Assembly (NCBI GenBank): GCA_023474835.1
Contig: JAMCXQ010000026.1
Span: 1 to 42,020, forward strand
DNA: 42,020 nt
Source of the DNA: Patescibacteria group bacterium
Lineage (GTDB): Bacteria; Patescibacteriota; Minisyncoccia; Minisyncoccales; CG1-02-41-26
Direction: 5' to 3'
Part shown: positions 25,503 through 34,404 of the stretch, in pieces
Layout of the letters: the number at the start of each line of letters is the position of its first letter
How positions within the stretch are numbered: position 1 is the first letter of the stretch
Program-made: the position numbers and the translations under genes
The notes under the pieces: generated by a model
Database searches by the model: none
The model's input: the letters and a program-made list of their open reading frames with translations, nothing else
What the model was told of the DNA's origin: nothing

Positions 25503-26165
25503 TTCTTCAAATGCCTCTTTTTTCCGCAAAATCAGGATGCGCAAGTTTTCTCTTCTTTTAATTTCCCAAGAAAACAACAGCTCTGTTTCCATACCTTTTA
25601 GAATATCCTTATACTCGTCCTCCAGCCACCAGTCCATATTTACCCTCGCTTCCCCGCCCGGTCTCAAAACCCTCAGAATTTCCTTAACCATTTCTTGCAC
25701 CATAACTTTTCTTTCTGCGTTATCCGGATATTGATAATCCGCCCAATAAAAAGAAGAGAAGTTCGCCAGACAAAGGTCAAAGCTTTCATCCAAAAAAGGC
25801 AAGGCCTCGTTAATGGCGGCTGCTTTATTTTTTCTGGTTCTTCCTTTTTTGACGAAATCATCCCGAAAGCGAAGCACGCTGGTTCTTCCGGACACCTTTG
25901 TATCATCTTTTTCCTCCTCCTTGCCCAACATCTTTTCTGCGTCCTCTGTCAAGTACCTGTACATCGGGTCTATTGAGATAATTTTAGTGCCGGGCTTTCC
26001 CGCTTCTTGTTGAAACCTCGCCAGACCAGCCCCGATATCCAAAATATCCTTGTTTTCTAAATCTTCTTTGCGCAAACCTAAAAATCTTTTGTACAGCGCA
26101 ACCCCCCTGTCTATGGGGCAAACTGCTGATTTGTCATAGCTGAACTTCTTACTTTCTTGATTCAT
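25482..26165 (-). CDS. Class I SAM-dependent methyltransferase (with insertion)
   Basis: 227 aa. Motif I ILDIGAGLARF and post-II LRVLRPGGEARV. Confidence 0.6.
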   Translation of the reverse strand: MNQESKKFSYDKSAVCPIDRGVALYKRFLGLRKEDLENKDILDIGAGLARFQQEAGKPGTKIISIDPMYRYLTEDAEKMLGKEEEKDDTKVSGRTSVLRFRDDFVKKGRTRKNKAAAINEALPFLDESFDLCLANFSSFYWADYQYPDNAERKVMVQEMVKEILRVLRPGGEARVNMDWWLEDEYKDILKGMETELLFSWEIKRRENLRILILRKKEAFEELSFGEK

Positions 26166-27291
26166 AAATGTTTATTGTTTCTTTGACCATTTCTGACAAA
26201 GAGAACTCGCCCTGAGCCCTTTGTCTGTTTTTCCCGCCCATTTCCTGGCGCAAGCCGGGGTTTTTTATTAAGTTTGTCAAAGCGGCTACAAAAGCGCCGG
26301 CATCGTTGTTTTTAATTAAAAATCCGCAATCCCTGCCAACTGCCTCGGCAATGCCGCCAACGTCGCTGGCAACAATTGGCAGACCCGCGAACATCGCTTC
26401 CAAAATCGTTACGGGCAAACCCTCAAATTTTGAGATTAAGACGAAAATATCCAAACCAAACAGAATTTCCCTTGTTTTTTCCGGCGATTTTTCACCCAAA
26501 AGAAAAACACTGGTTGATAAATTATTCTTTTGAACAAAACTCTCGCAATCAGCCATCAGCGGCCCGTCGCCGATTAAAACAAATTTTGCCCGCAACAAAT
26601 CCCCTGTCATTTTTTGGGCAACCGACAAAAAAGCGAGCGGGTCTTTGGGATAAGCAAGCCGCGCCACCATGCCAACGGCAACGTCATCCTTGTTCAACCC
26701 AAGCTCTTGCCTAGTTTTTTCCCTTGCCAGTCCCCTGTCCCCTGCGGCAATTGGAAAATCAATGCCGTTTCTGACAACAATCATTTTGTTCGCCTTGGCT
26801 ATTTTGTTTTTCAAACCGTCGTCAAAAACCTTTTGCGAAACGCAAATTATCCTGGTGGTGATCTTGGCGGCGGACTTTTCCAAAAAAGTAAATAATTTCT
26901 GGCCCCAGCCGTATTCTTCCTGATTATAAAAACCCCAGGAATGAACCGTGTAAAATATTTTTTTGGTGCGGCTAAACTTCGCGGCCCATCTTCCTAAAAT
27001 TCCGGCTTTGGCGGAATGACAATGGACAATGTCGTATTTGCCTTTTTCAATGATTCCGAGCAAAGCGAAAAAAGCCGCCAAATCGCGCCAAGGCGAAATT
27101 TCTCTTTTGAGCGATTTGATTTCAAAAACGGCAATCCCCTGCTCTTTTAATTTTTCAACCAGCAGGCCGGCGGCCTGGCACGCAACGCCAACTTCAAAAC
27201 CGCTGTTTTTCAAGCCCAGCGCCAAATCATAAACAACCCTTTGCGCCCCGCCCCACTCCGATAAAGTGATAATCTGCAAAATTTTCGGCAT
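26149..27291 (-). CDS. Glycosyltransferase family 4 (GT-B)
   Basis: Start moved to ATG 27291 (MPKILQIITLSEWGGAQRVV...). The C-terminal E-x7-E-type region is SKFEGLPVTILEAMFAGLPIVASDVGG. The 100-codon upstream extension in the ORF track has no protein-like character. Confidence 0.85.
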   Translation of the reverse strand: MPKILQIITLSEWGGAQRVVYDLALGLKNSGFEVGVACQAAGLLVEKLKEQGIAVFEIKSLKREISPWRDLAAFFALLGIIEKGKYDIVHCHSAKAGILGRWAAKFSRTKKIFYTVHSWGFYNQEEYGWGQKLFTFLEKSAAKITTRIICVSQKVFDDGLKNKIAKANKMIVVRNGIDFPIAAGDRGLAREKTRQELGLNKDDVAVGMVARLAYPKDPLAFLSVAQKMTGDLLRAKFVLIGDGPLMADCESFVQKNNLSTSVFLLGEKSPEKTREILFGLDIFVLISKFEGLPVTILEAMFAGLPIVASDVGGIAEAVGRDCGFLIKNNDAGAFVAALTNLIKNPGLRQEMGGKNRQRAQGEFSLSEMVKETINIYESRK

Positions 27292-27293
27292 AA

Positions 27294-27322
27294 TTGATAT
27301 TTCATTCAAATTAACATAGAAT
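27294..27322 (+). promoter_or_regulatory. Sigma70-like promoter for flippase gene 27330
   Basis: TTGATA (27294-27299), a 17-nt spacer, then TAGAAT (27317-27322). The -10 ends 7 nt before the ATG, which predicts a leaderless transcript. Confidence 0.45.
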
Positions 27323-27329
27323 ACAACCA

Positions 27330-28568
27330 ATGAAAAGGCGTTTTGACAAATTGCTGGATTGGTTTGGCAAAAAAACCAAAATGGACGTTGCCTATTTGGC
27401 CAAAGCCAGCTTGTGGAGTTTTTTGGGCGACGGAGCGGCAACCATTGCCAGCATTCTGCTTTCCGTGGCTTTTGCCAACCTGATGAGCAAAGAAACTTTC
27501 GGTTTGTACCGCTACGTGCTTTCGGTGGCGGGCATTTTGACTTTTCCCACTTTGGTTGGCATAAATATGAGCATGGTGCAGTCCGTGGCACGGGGCTTTG
27601 AGGGCTCTTTTTTTGACGGGTTGAAAACCAAAATCAAATGGGGCAGTTTTGCCGCGCTTTTTTGCGCCGTAATCGCCGTTTATTACATAACTAAAGCCAA
27701 CCATACCCTGGCCGTTGCTTTCATCATTGCCGGGTGCTTTTTGCCTTTTATGGATTCGGTTTTGCTTTACCAGTCAATCTGGGCGGGCAGAAAAAACTTC
27801 AAAACGCAGAATATTTTCCAGGTTATAGCGCAGGTAATAGCCGTGGCCGTTGTTTTTTTGGTTTTGCTTTTCACCCGCAACATTCTTTTGGTTATTCTGG
27901 CCTATTTCGCCGCCTACACTTTTTCCAGGACGCTGCTGCTTTTTATCACCGTTAAAAAAGCGAAAATCAACAGACAAAAAGACGAGAAAACCATTTCTTT
28001 CGGCAAACATTTAAGCTTGATGCAGGTGCCGGGCATAATAGCCAACCAAACGGACAAAGTTTTGCTTTGGAGTTTTTTGGGGCCCTCGGCCCTGGCCGTT
28101 TATTCTTTCGCCATTTTGCTGCCCGACAACATCCGGACCGTTTTCCGCGATTTGGAAACCGTTATTTTGCCTAAATTCAGCCAAAAACAAAAACAGGAAC
28201 TGCAAAAAGGCCTGCCCAGAAAAATACTGGTTGTTTTGCCGGTTTTAATCTTGGCGGTTGTCGTTTATGTTTTAATAACCCCCTGGATTTTCAAAATATT
28301 TTTTCCCAGGTATCTTGACGCAGTGAAATATTCTCAAATTTATTCTTTGTGCATTATATTTTTCACTTTGCAAGTGCCTTTTACCACCGCCCTCACCTCG
28401 CAGCTTGAAAAAAGAAAACTATATTTTTTCAGGTTTTTCGCTCCCCTTTTGCAAATAGCCCTTTTGGCAGTATTCACGCCTCTCTACGGAATTATGGGCG
28501 CGATAGCAGCGATAATTTCCTCGCAAATTATCGGGCTTTTGGTTTTGATATTTCTTTTCAAAAAATAA
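27330..28568 (+). CDS. Wzx-like oligosaccharide flippase (MOP/polysaccharide biosynthesis protein family), copy 1
   Basis: 412 aa with about 12 TM segments. Clear paralogue of 29398-30648 (shared FGLYRYVLS, LKTKIKWG, LFLTRNI.LVILAYF, FGKHLSL). Confidence 0.8.
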   Translation: MKRRFDKLLDWFGKKTKMDVAYLAKASLWSFLGDGAATIASILLSVAFANLMSKETFGLYRYVLSVAGILTFPTLVGINMSMVQSVARGFEGSFFDGLKTKIKWGSFAALFCAVIAVYYITKANHTLAVAFIIAGCFLPFMDSVLLYQSIWAGRKNFKTQNIFQVIAQVIAVAVVFLVLLFTRNILLVILAYFAAYTFSRTLLLFITVKKAKINRQKDEKTISFGKHLSLMQVPGIIANQTDKVLLWSFLGPSALAVYSFAILLPDNIRTVFRDLETVILPKFSQKQKQELQKGLPRKILVVLPVLILAVVVYVLITPWIFKIFFPRYLDAVKYSQIYSLCIIFFTLQVPFTTALTSQLEKRKLYFFRFFAPLLQIALLAVFTPLYGIMGAIAAIISSQIIGLLVLIFLFKK

Positions 28569-28576
28569 CACCTACC

Positions 28577-29386
28577 TTATTTTATTTTCTGCTTTATTTT
28601 TTGGGGCACTAACAGCCAAGCTGCCCGCGCCAAAATGTGAAACATCCCCCGTATTTTCGGATACCCGTACTTTGCAATGGCGTACCAGCGGGCTTTTAAG
28701 GCATATTTTTGCTGGGAATTGCCGGAAAAAGAAATTGAGTTTGGCGACATCCGCCATTGCAAAAGTTTTTCCGCCAGGTTGGCCACCGGATATTTGGCGG
28801 CCAAGCGCAAGACCAATTCGTAGTCCTGGGCTTTTTTGAATTTTTCATCGTAAAAACCCTCTTTGTCCAAAACCGATTTTAGCATAAACAAAGACGAATG
28901 GATAAATTGATTGTTGAAAAGCAATCCTTTTTTAATGTTTTGATAATCCAAAGCCAGATTTTTCTCTCCGATTATTTTGCCCCCGCTGTCAATGACAAAA
29001 GCCAAAGAGCCACAAAGGACCGTTTCGGGATTTTTTAGCATAAAGTCAAACTGCTTTTCAAGCCGTTCGGGCCGGGCAATGTCATCGTCGTCCATACGGG
29101 CGATAAATTTGCCCGAGGCCAGGCAAAGAGCTTTGTTGAGCGACCTGGTCAGGCCCAAATTTTTTCCATTGTTGATAATTTTAATCCGTTCGTCTTTTTT
29201 TTGGAAAGCTTGCAAAATTTCCGTGGTTCGGTCGGTTGAACAGTCATTGACAATCAAAAACTCAAAGTCGGCCAATGTCTGGCTTAAAATGCTGTTAATG
29301 GCTTCTTTTATGTGTTCTTGGCCGTTATGGCTTGCCATTATAACTGAAACCAAAGGATTGTGGTTTTGCTGGTTTTGCGATAACAT
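28577..29386 (-). CDS. Glycosyltransferase family 2
   Basis: 269 aa. VSVIMASHNGQEHI...LIVNDCSTDRT and ARMDDDD (DxD). Confidence 0.9.
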   Translation of the reverse strand: MLSQNQQNHNPLVSVIMASHNGQEHIKEAINSILSQTLADFEFLIVNDCSTDRTTEILQAFQKKDERIKIINNGKNLGLTRSLNKALCLASGKFIARMDDDDIARPERLEKQFDFMLKNPETVLCGSLAFVIDSGGKIIGEKNLALDYQNIKKGLLFNNQFIHSSLFMLKSVLDKEGFYDEKFKKAQDYELVLRLAAKYPVANLAEKLLQWRMSPNSISFSGNSQQKYALKARWYAIAKYGYPKIRGMFHILARAAWLLVPQKIKQKIK

Positions 29387-29397
29387 ATAAATATGAT

Positions 29398-30648
29398 ATG
29401 CGGATAAAAGAAAAAATAAAAAATATTCTGCTTTGGAGCCAAAAATACACGAAAACCGATATGCTTTACGTGGCCCGGGGCGGCTCCTGGCTCCTGGCCA
29501 GCCAGCTGGTCAACTTTATAGCTAACGTTGTTTTAACGATAGCTTTGGCCAACCTGCTGCCGCCCCAAACTTACGGCCTTTACCGCTACGTTCTGTCAAT
29601 TGTGGTTATTTTGGCAATTCCCTGTTTATCGGGAATGAACTCGGCTGTTTTAAGGGCCGCCTCCAAAGACGAAAACGACAGTTTCTTGCCGGCTTTAAAA
29701 ACAAAAATAAAGTGGGGAACTCTGGGCGGGCTGGCCTCCCTGCTGGTCGGACTGTATTATTTTTCCCAGGGCAATTCTACTTTAACTTTTTGCTTTTTGA
29801 TATCGGCCTGTTTTATCCCGCTGATGAATCCTTTCGGACTTTACGAATCGTTTTTGGCGGGCAAAAAAAGATTTGATTTGCAAAGCCTGTACGGCATTGT
29901 CAACCAGGCGGTGTCCGCCGGGCTGATGATATTGGTTTTGTTTTTAACCAGGAATATTTTTTTGGTCATTTTGGCTTATTTCGTTTCCTGGACCGGACTT
30001 TATCTGATTTTCACCGTTATCACAATAAAAAAATGGAAATTAAAAGCGCAAAACCCCGACGAAGAAACGCTCGCTTTCGGCAAACATTTAAGTTTGCTTG
30101 ACGTTTTGTCAACAATTAACAGCCAGATTGACAAAGTGATAATGTGGCATTTTCTGGGAGCCGGGCCGGTGGCGATTTATTCCATTATCATGAATGTGCC
30201 CGACAAAATCAAGGACTTGCTCAAAACCATCGGTTCTTTGGCTTTCCCCAAGCTGAGCAGCCGGTCCATGGAAGAACTGAAAAAATCAGTGCCGCAGAAA
30301 ACCCTGATGCTTTTCCTTCTGGCAATTCCAGTGATGCTTGTTTATATATTAGCTGCCCCCTGGCTTTACAAAACATTTTTTCCCAAATATGCTTCCTTCG
30401 TAATCTATTCGCAGGTCTACGCTTTAATCTTTCTGACTTTCCCCCGGCTTTTGTTCGGCACAAGTTTAACCGCACAAAAACAAACCAGGTCCTTGTACAT
30501 TGCTTCTTTTATTTTAGGGCCCACCTATATCGTTTTGCTTTTAATTTTGACGCCGATTTTTGGCATTTGGGGGGCTATTAGCGCTTTTCTGGCGATTGAA
30601 GCAATGAATTTTATGACAAACTATTTGCAATTTAAGCGAATGAAATAA
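29398..30648 (+). CDS. Wzx-like oligosaccharide flippase, copy 2
   Basis: 416 aa, polytopic. Paralogue of 27330-28568. Its start lies only 11 nt from the divergent GT2 start. Confidence 0.8.
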   Translation: MRIKEKIKNILLWSQKYTKTDMLYVARGGSWLLASQLVNFIANVVLTIALANLLPPQTYGLYRYVLSIVVILAIPCLSGMNSAVLRAASKDENDSFLPALKTKIKWGTLGGLASLLVGLYYFSQGNSTLTFCFLISACFIPLMNPFGLYESFLAGKKRFDLQSLYGIVNQAVSAGLMILVLFLTRNIFLVILAYFVSWTGLYLIFTVITIKKWKLKAQNPDEETLAFGKHLSLLDVLSTINSQIDKVIMWHFLGAGPVAIYSIIMNVPDKIKDLLKTIGSLAFPKLSSRSMEELKKSVPQKTLMLFLLAIPVMLVYILAAPWLYKTFFPKYASFVIYSQVYALIFLTFPRLLFGTSLTAQKQTRSLYIASFILGPTYIVLLLILTPIFGIWGAISAFLAIEAMNFMTNYLQFKRMK

Positions 30649-31409
30649 TCGATGTTTCTCGTATCGTTTTCCAGGCCTTTGCCTTTTTTGGGAGTTTCAA
30701 AAGCAATAAAAATATCTTTTGTTTGGGACAAGCCGACTAAGAGACCTTTCAGCCATTTCAAATCAAAATCGCTCTGCCACAAATCCAAATGTTTGTCGCC
30801 AATGCCCTGCGTGTCGCCAATGCCGCAAATATGGAAATAAAACGGCTGTAAATCGCTGATTAAGCCCCGCGCGAACTGCTCGGGTTCTTTTTTTTGCGCC
30901 ACAGCCGATGAAAAAGCGTGCCCCACATCCAGACAAATTTCAAAGCCGCACTGTTCATGAATAAATTCCAGCTGCTCTTTTGAATAACCGAAGCAACTAA
31001 CCCCGCCGGTCTTCTTAACAAAACCTATTTTGGGCATATTTTCCATTAAAACTCGCCGGTCTTTTAATTTTTGCGCTTCTTTTTGAAAAATTTCGCTTGA
31101 ATCCCCTACTCCGGCATGCGTGATAATAAAAGGGCTTCGCAGATAATCGGCTGTTTTGACAATCTGCTCTTTCCAGATTGCCAGATTTTTTTCATTGAGA
31201 TTGAAAACGTCAAAATCGTGGCTGGTGTGCGGGCTGTGCACCATAACCGGAATTTCGTTTTGCGCGAAAACGTCAAAATCAGCAAACCGGAACGAATCCG
31301 GCACCAAATATATTTCAATAAAATCAATCAAACCCCGCTTTTGCAGGGCTGTTGCCTCGCCAAACCAATCTTTGTTAATGCTCCAAATTTTCAAGCCGTA
31401 TTTAAGCAT
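30621..31409 (-). CDS. Xylose-isomerase-like TIM-barrel protein (sugar phosphate isomerase/epimerase family)
   Basis: 262 aa. The pattern of H/E/D metal-ligand-like residues (VMVHSPH, ITHAG, LMEN, LDVGH, FHICG) is typical of the AP-endonuclease-2/TIM-barrel fold. The start overlaps the pseI stop by 8 nt. Confidence 0.65.
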   Translation of the reverse strand: MLKYGLKIWSINKDWFGEATALQKRGLIDFIEIYLVPDSFRFADFDVFAQNEIPVMVHSPHTSHDFDVFNLNEKNLAIWKEQIVKTADYLRSPFIITHAGVGDSSEIFQKEAQKLKDRRVLMENMPKIGFVKKTGGVSCFGYSKEQLEFIHEQCGFEICLDVGHAFSSAVAQKKEPEQFARGLISDLQPFYFHICGIGDTQGIGDKHLDLWQSDFDLKWLKGLLVGLSQTKDIFIAFETPKKGKGLENDTRNIDYFIRLNCK

Positions 31410-32460
31410 CTATCAAATCCCAGTTTAATGGCGTTGCTTTTTCAATGTCTTTGGCGGCTTTTTTGCCGATTATCCGGCTGAAATATTTTACTTCCAGGCC
31501 GTTTGCCGGCCGAAAACTGGCCACGTTCTCTTTGGAAAAAACTTCGCCTTTTTTCACGTCCTTTATCACCCAAAGCGACCTTCTAAAAACAATGTTTTCT
31601 TTTTCGCTCTCAGTTGGGCTTAAATCCGGCTTGCCCAGGGCTTTTTCAACTTCTCTTATTTCTTTTACCATTTTTGCAAATTCCTGCGGCTCCAAAGAAA
31701 AAGCCGCGTCCGGGCCGCCGTCCGTTCTGTTCATAATAAAATGACGCTCAATCACTTTCGCTCCCAAAGCAACGGCGGCCGGGCCCGAAGACGTGAGCAG
31801 GCTGTGGTCGGAAAGCCCGACAATATGTTCGGGAAAATGTTTTTTGATTTCCAGGATATTGAGCAAATTCAAATCCTCGGGCTTTGTCGGGTAAGCGCTC
31901 ACGCAATGCAAAATGGCAATGTCCTTTGCGTTGTTTTCTTTTAACACGGTTATTGCCTGGGACAATTCCTCGAAAGTGGTCATTCCGCGTGATATGATCA
32001 CCGGCTTTCTGGTTTGAGCCGCTTTTTGCAAGAATAAAACGTCCGTTGCCTCAAAAGAAGCGATTTTTACGCAGGGGCAATTCATCTTTTCCAGAAAATC
32101 AATTGAGGTTGCGTCGTAGGGCGTGCCGATTAAAGGCACTTCGTATTGCCAGGCGGTTTTTTCCAGCTCGGCGTGCCACTCCCAGGGCGTTTGGGCAATC
32201 TGGTAAAGCTGGTGCAGGGTCCGGTTTTTCCAAGCGTCGTTGACTTTCACCTGGAAGGGGTCTTTGTTTGAATCCAGGGTCATTGTGTTTGGAGTGTATG
32301 TCTGGATTTTAACAATGTCAGCTCCGGCTTCGCACGCGGCTATAACAAGCGTCTTGGCTTTTTCAAAATCGCCATTATGATTGGCTGACAACTCGGCGAT
32401 AATCAAAGCCGGGTGGCCCTCGCCAACCGTTTTATTTTTGATTTTAAATTCTTTTGCCAT
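31402..32460 (-). CDS. pseI: Nonulosonic acid synthase, pseudaminic acid synthase-like (NeuB family)
   Basis: 352 aa. PALIIAELSANHNGDFEKAK...GADIVKIQTY. C-terminal SAF-like domain (VIKDVKKGEVFSKENV). Confidence 0.8.
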   Translation of the reverse strand: MAKEFKIKNKTVGEGHPALIIAELSANHNGDFEKAKTLVIAACEAGADIVKIQTYTPNTMTLDSNKDPFQVKVNDAWKNRTLHQLYQIAQTPWEWHAELEKTAWQYEVPLIGTPYDATSIDFLEKMNCPCVKIASFEATDVLFLQKAAQTRKPVIISRGMTTFEELSQAITVLKENNAKDIAILHCVSAYPTKPEDLNLLNILEIKKHFPEHIVGLSDHSLLTSSGPAAVALGAKVIERHFIMNRTDGGPDAAFSLEPQEFAKMVKEIREVEKALGKPDLSPTESEKENIVFRRSLWVIKDVKKGEVFSKENVASFRPANGLEVKYFSRIIGKKAAKDIEKATPLNWDLIDA

Positions 32461-32463
32461 ATG

Positions 32464-32919
32464 TCAAATAACCAAATAATATTTCCCCCAGACGCCGTCC
32501 TGACCCTTTAACGCAAACCCCAGTTTTTCAAACAGTTTCTGCGAAGCGATGTTTTCCTGGTGGATTTCAGCCAGTAATGTCTTCATTCCCGCTTTCTTGG
32601 TTTGTTTTATCAGCAACTTCAAAGCTGCTTTGCCGACTCCCCTGCCCTGAAATTCTTTTAAGATTGCGATGCTAACTACTGCCTGCTGATTTTCTTTTGC
32701 ATCAAACCGAACCTGACCAATCGGAGTTTTGTTTTGGCAAACAACAAAAAGGCGCTTTTCATTCAAACCCAGAATAATGGGCATAATCCAGCTGACATGC
32801 TCTTGCCATTCAATAACTCTGTTTGTCTGAAAAAACCTGAAAACCTCGGGCTGGCTGTTTCGCAAGTGCCACAAAAATTCAATGTCGCTGAAATCAGCTT
32901 TTTTTAATTTTATTTTCAT
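32464..32919 (-). CDS. pseH: GNAT N-acetyltransferase, PseH-like
   Basis: Start moved to ATG 32919 (MKIKLKKADFSDIEFLWHLRN...). 151 aa. Acetyl-CoA motif QGRGVGKAAL. The size and N-terminal W.LRN pattern match PseH. Confidence 0.65.
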   Translation of the reverse strand: MKIKLKKADFSDIEFLWHLRNSQPEVFRFFQTNRVIEWQEHVSWIMPIILGLNEKRLFVVCQNKTPIGQVRFDAKENQQAVVSIAILKEFQGRGVGKAALKLLIKQTKKAGMKTLLAEIHQENIASQKLFEKLGFALKGQDGVWGKYYLVI

Positions 32920-32940
32920 AAACCGGCTTTTTTTGGGCGA

Positions 32941-33063
32941 GGAAAGTGATTTTGAGGAGTATCCGCAGGCAAAATGCTTGGTTTCGCCGCAGGCGAAATT
33001 TTGCCGAGGACTAAGCGAGCCCGTCGCAGGAGCGGGCGAGCGGCTCCTCAAAATTACCTTTCC
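32941..33063. repeat. 123-bp GC-rich palindromic (MITE/REP-like) intergenic element
   Basis: Terminal inverted repeats ggaaagtgattttgaggag (32941-32959) and ctcctcaaaattacctttcc (33044-33063). Internal nested hairpins are ggcaaaat...attttgcc and ttcgcc-gca-ggcgaa. Confidence 0.6.
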
Positions 33064-33074
33064 GAGCCCCCTGA

Positions 33075-34400
33075 TTAATTAAGGCGCTGGAAGCCCGCGT
33101 GCGCAACCGGGCCTTCCAGTAATTGTTCAACCTTATTGCCGGCAATGGCCTGGCTTAAAATTGAAAAAGCCTCATCAACCGCTTTTAAGTATTCGTTAAC
33201 ATGCTCTTTCTTAAACGCCAAAGAAACATACACTCCTGCTGAGGCCAAAACATTTCTTTTTAGCATTTCCTGGGTAAATAAAGTTCTAATTGCCTGGCCG
33301 TTGGCATAATCAAAACCCAAGTGCAGCATTGCCGGCATTCCTTCAACGTGCAGTTTAATGCCGTGCTTTTGCGCCATTTCCAAAAGCCCTTGCTTTATTT
33401 CCAAACCAGTTTTTTCCAAATACTCCGGCACTTTTTCTTTTATCATTTTGTTAATAGTGGCCAAGGCAGCGGTAGGGCCAATTCTTTCTGTCCAATAAGT
33501 GCTGGATATAAAGCTGGTCTGGGCTGCCTGTATTATATCTTTCTTGCCGATAATCGCGCCCATAGGAAAGCCGTTGGAAATGCCCTTGGCAAACACTGCC
33601 ATATCTGGCATTACGTTCATCTGCAAGTGCGCCCCGCCGATATTAAACCTAAAACCCACTGTTATTTCATCAAAAATCAAAACTGCCTTAATTTTATCAG
33701 CAATCTCCCTCACTTTTTTTACAAACCCGGTTGTATCAAGCTGAAACTTCATCGGCTCCATTACAATAACGCCAACATCGCTGTTGCTTGCCACAATACT
33801 TTCCAGTTCTTCAATTTTATTAAAATGAAACGGCAGCATTGTGCCAGCCAATCCTCTAGGCACGCCGTTTGGCTCAAGGCCAGCCAGCAAATGCCCGTCC
33901 AAATTTTTATCGTTGGCCAAATTGGCCGACAAATACCAATCTTGCCAGCCATGATATCCGCAAAAAGCAATTTTATCTTTGCTAGAATAAGCCCTGGCAA
34001 CTCTAACAGCCACTGCCATTGATTCTCCGCCAGTTCTGGCATAGCGCACCATGCCTGCCCAAGGGTGTATTTGCAAAAGTAATTCGGCTAACTCCACTTC
34101 TTCTTTGCAGTTTAAAGTGTTCATCGAGCCGTTATCAATCGCCTGTTTGACTGCTTTGTCAACATCATCGTCTGCATAGCCCAAAATACACGCGCCAATG
34201 CCCATATAGGAAAAATCCAGATACTTGTTTCCGTCCAAGTCCCAAACATAACAGCCTTTGGCTTTTTCATAATAGCTTGGCCATAAATCTGGCAAAAACA
34301 TTTCTGGCCGCTTGCTCAACAATTGCGTGCCGCCTGGAATTATTTCTTTTGCTCTTTTGTAAAGCTCAATGCCTTTTTTATTTTTTTCTTTTAAACTCAT
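33075..34400 (-). CDS. Class-III PLP-dependent aminotransferase (glutamate-1-semialdehyde aminomutase-like)
   Basis: 441 aa. GGTQLLSKRP, YARTGGESMAVAVR, LIFDEITVGFR and FAKGISNGFPMGA (PLP-Lys region). Confidence 0.85.
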   Translation of the reverse strand: MSLKEKNKKGIELYKRAKEIIPGGTQLLSKRPEMFLPDLWPSYYEKAKGCYVWDLDGNKYLDFSYMGIGACILGYADDDVDKAVKQAIDNGSMNTLNCKEEVELAELLLQIHPWAGMVRYARTGGESMAVAVRVARAYSSKDKIAFCGYHGWQDWYLSANLANDKNLDGHLLAGLEPNGVPRGLAGTMLPFHFNKIEELESIVASNSDVGVIVMEPMKFQLDTTGFVKKVREIADKIKAVLIFDEITVGFRFNIGGAHLQMNVMPDMAVFAKGISNGFPMGAIIGKKDIIQAAQTSFISSTYWTERIGPTAALATINKMIKEKVPEYLEKTGLEIKQGLLEMAQKHGIKLHVEGMPAMLHLGFDYANGQAIRTLFTQEMLKRNVLASAGVYVSLAFKKEHVNEYLKAVDEAFSILSQAIAGNKVEQLLEGPVAHAGFQRLN

Positions 34401-34404
34401 AGTA

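Noticed and set aside
27292-27591. 100-codon N-terminal extension of the GT4 ORF (track start 27591)
   Set aside because: The extension overlaps the divergent flippase gene and reads as Cys/Trp/Pro-rich junk. The canonical GT4 N-terminus MPKILQIITLSEWGGAQ begins at 27291.
32920-33051. 44-codon N-terminal extension of the GNAT ORF
   Set aside because: The extension is a read-through of the palindromic GC-rich element. The PseH-like domain starts at the internal Met (32919) and is already full length.
33321-34022. 233-aa antisense ORF inside the class-III aminotransferase gene
   Set aside because: The translation is His/Phe/Cys-rich and non-protein-like. The sense frame has PLP-enzyme motifs.
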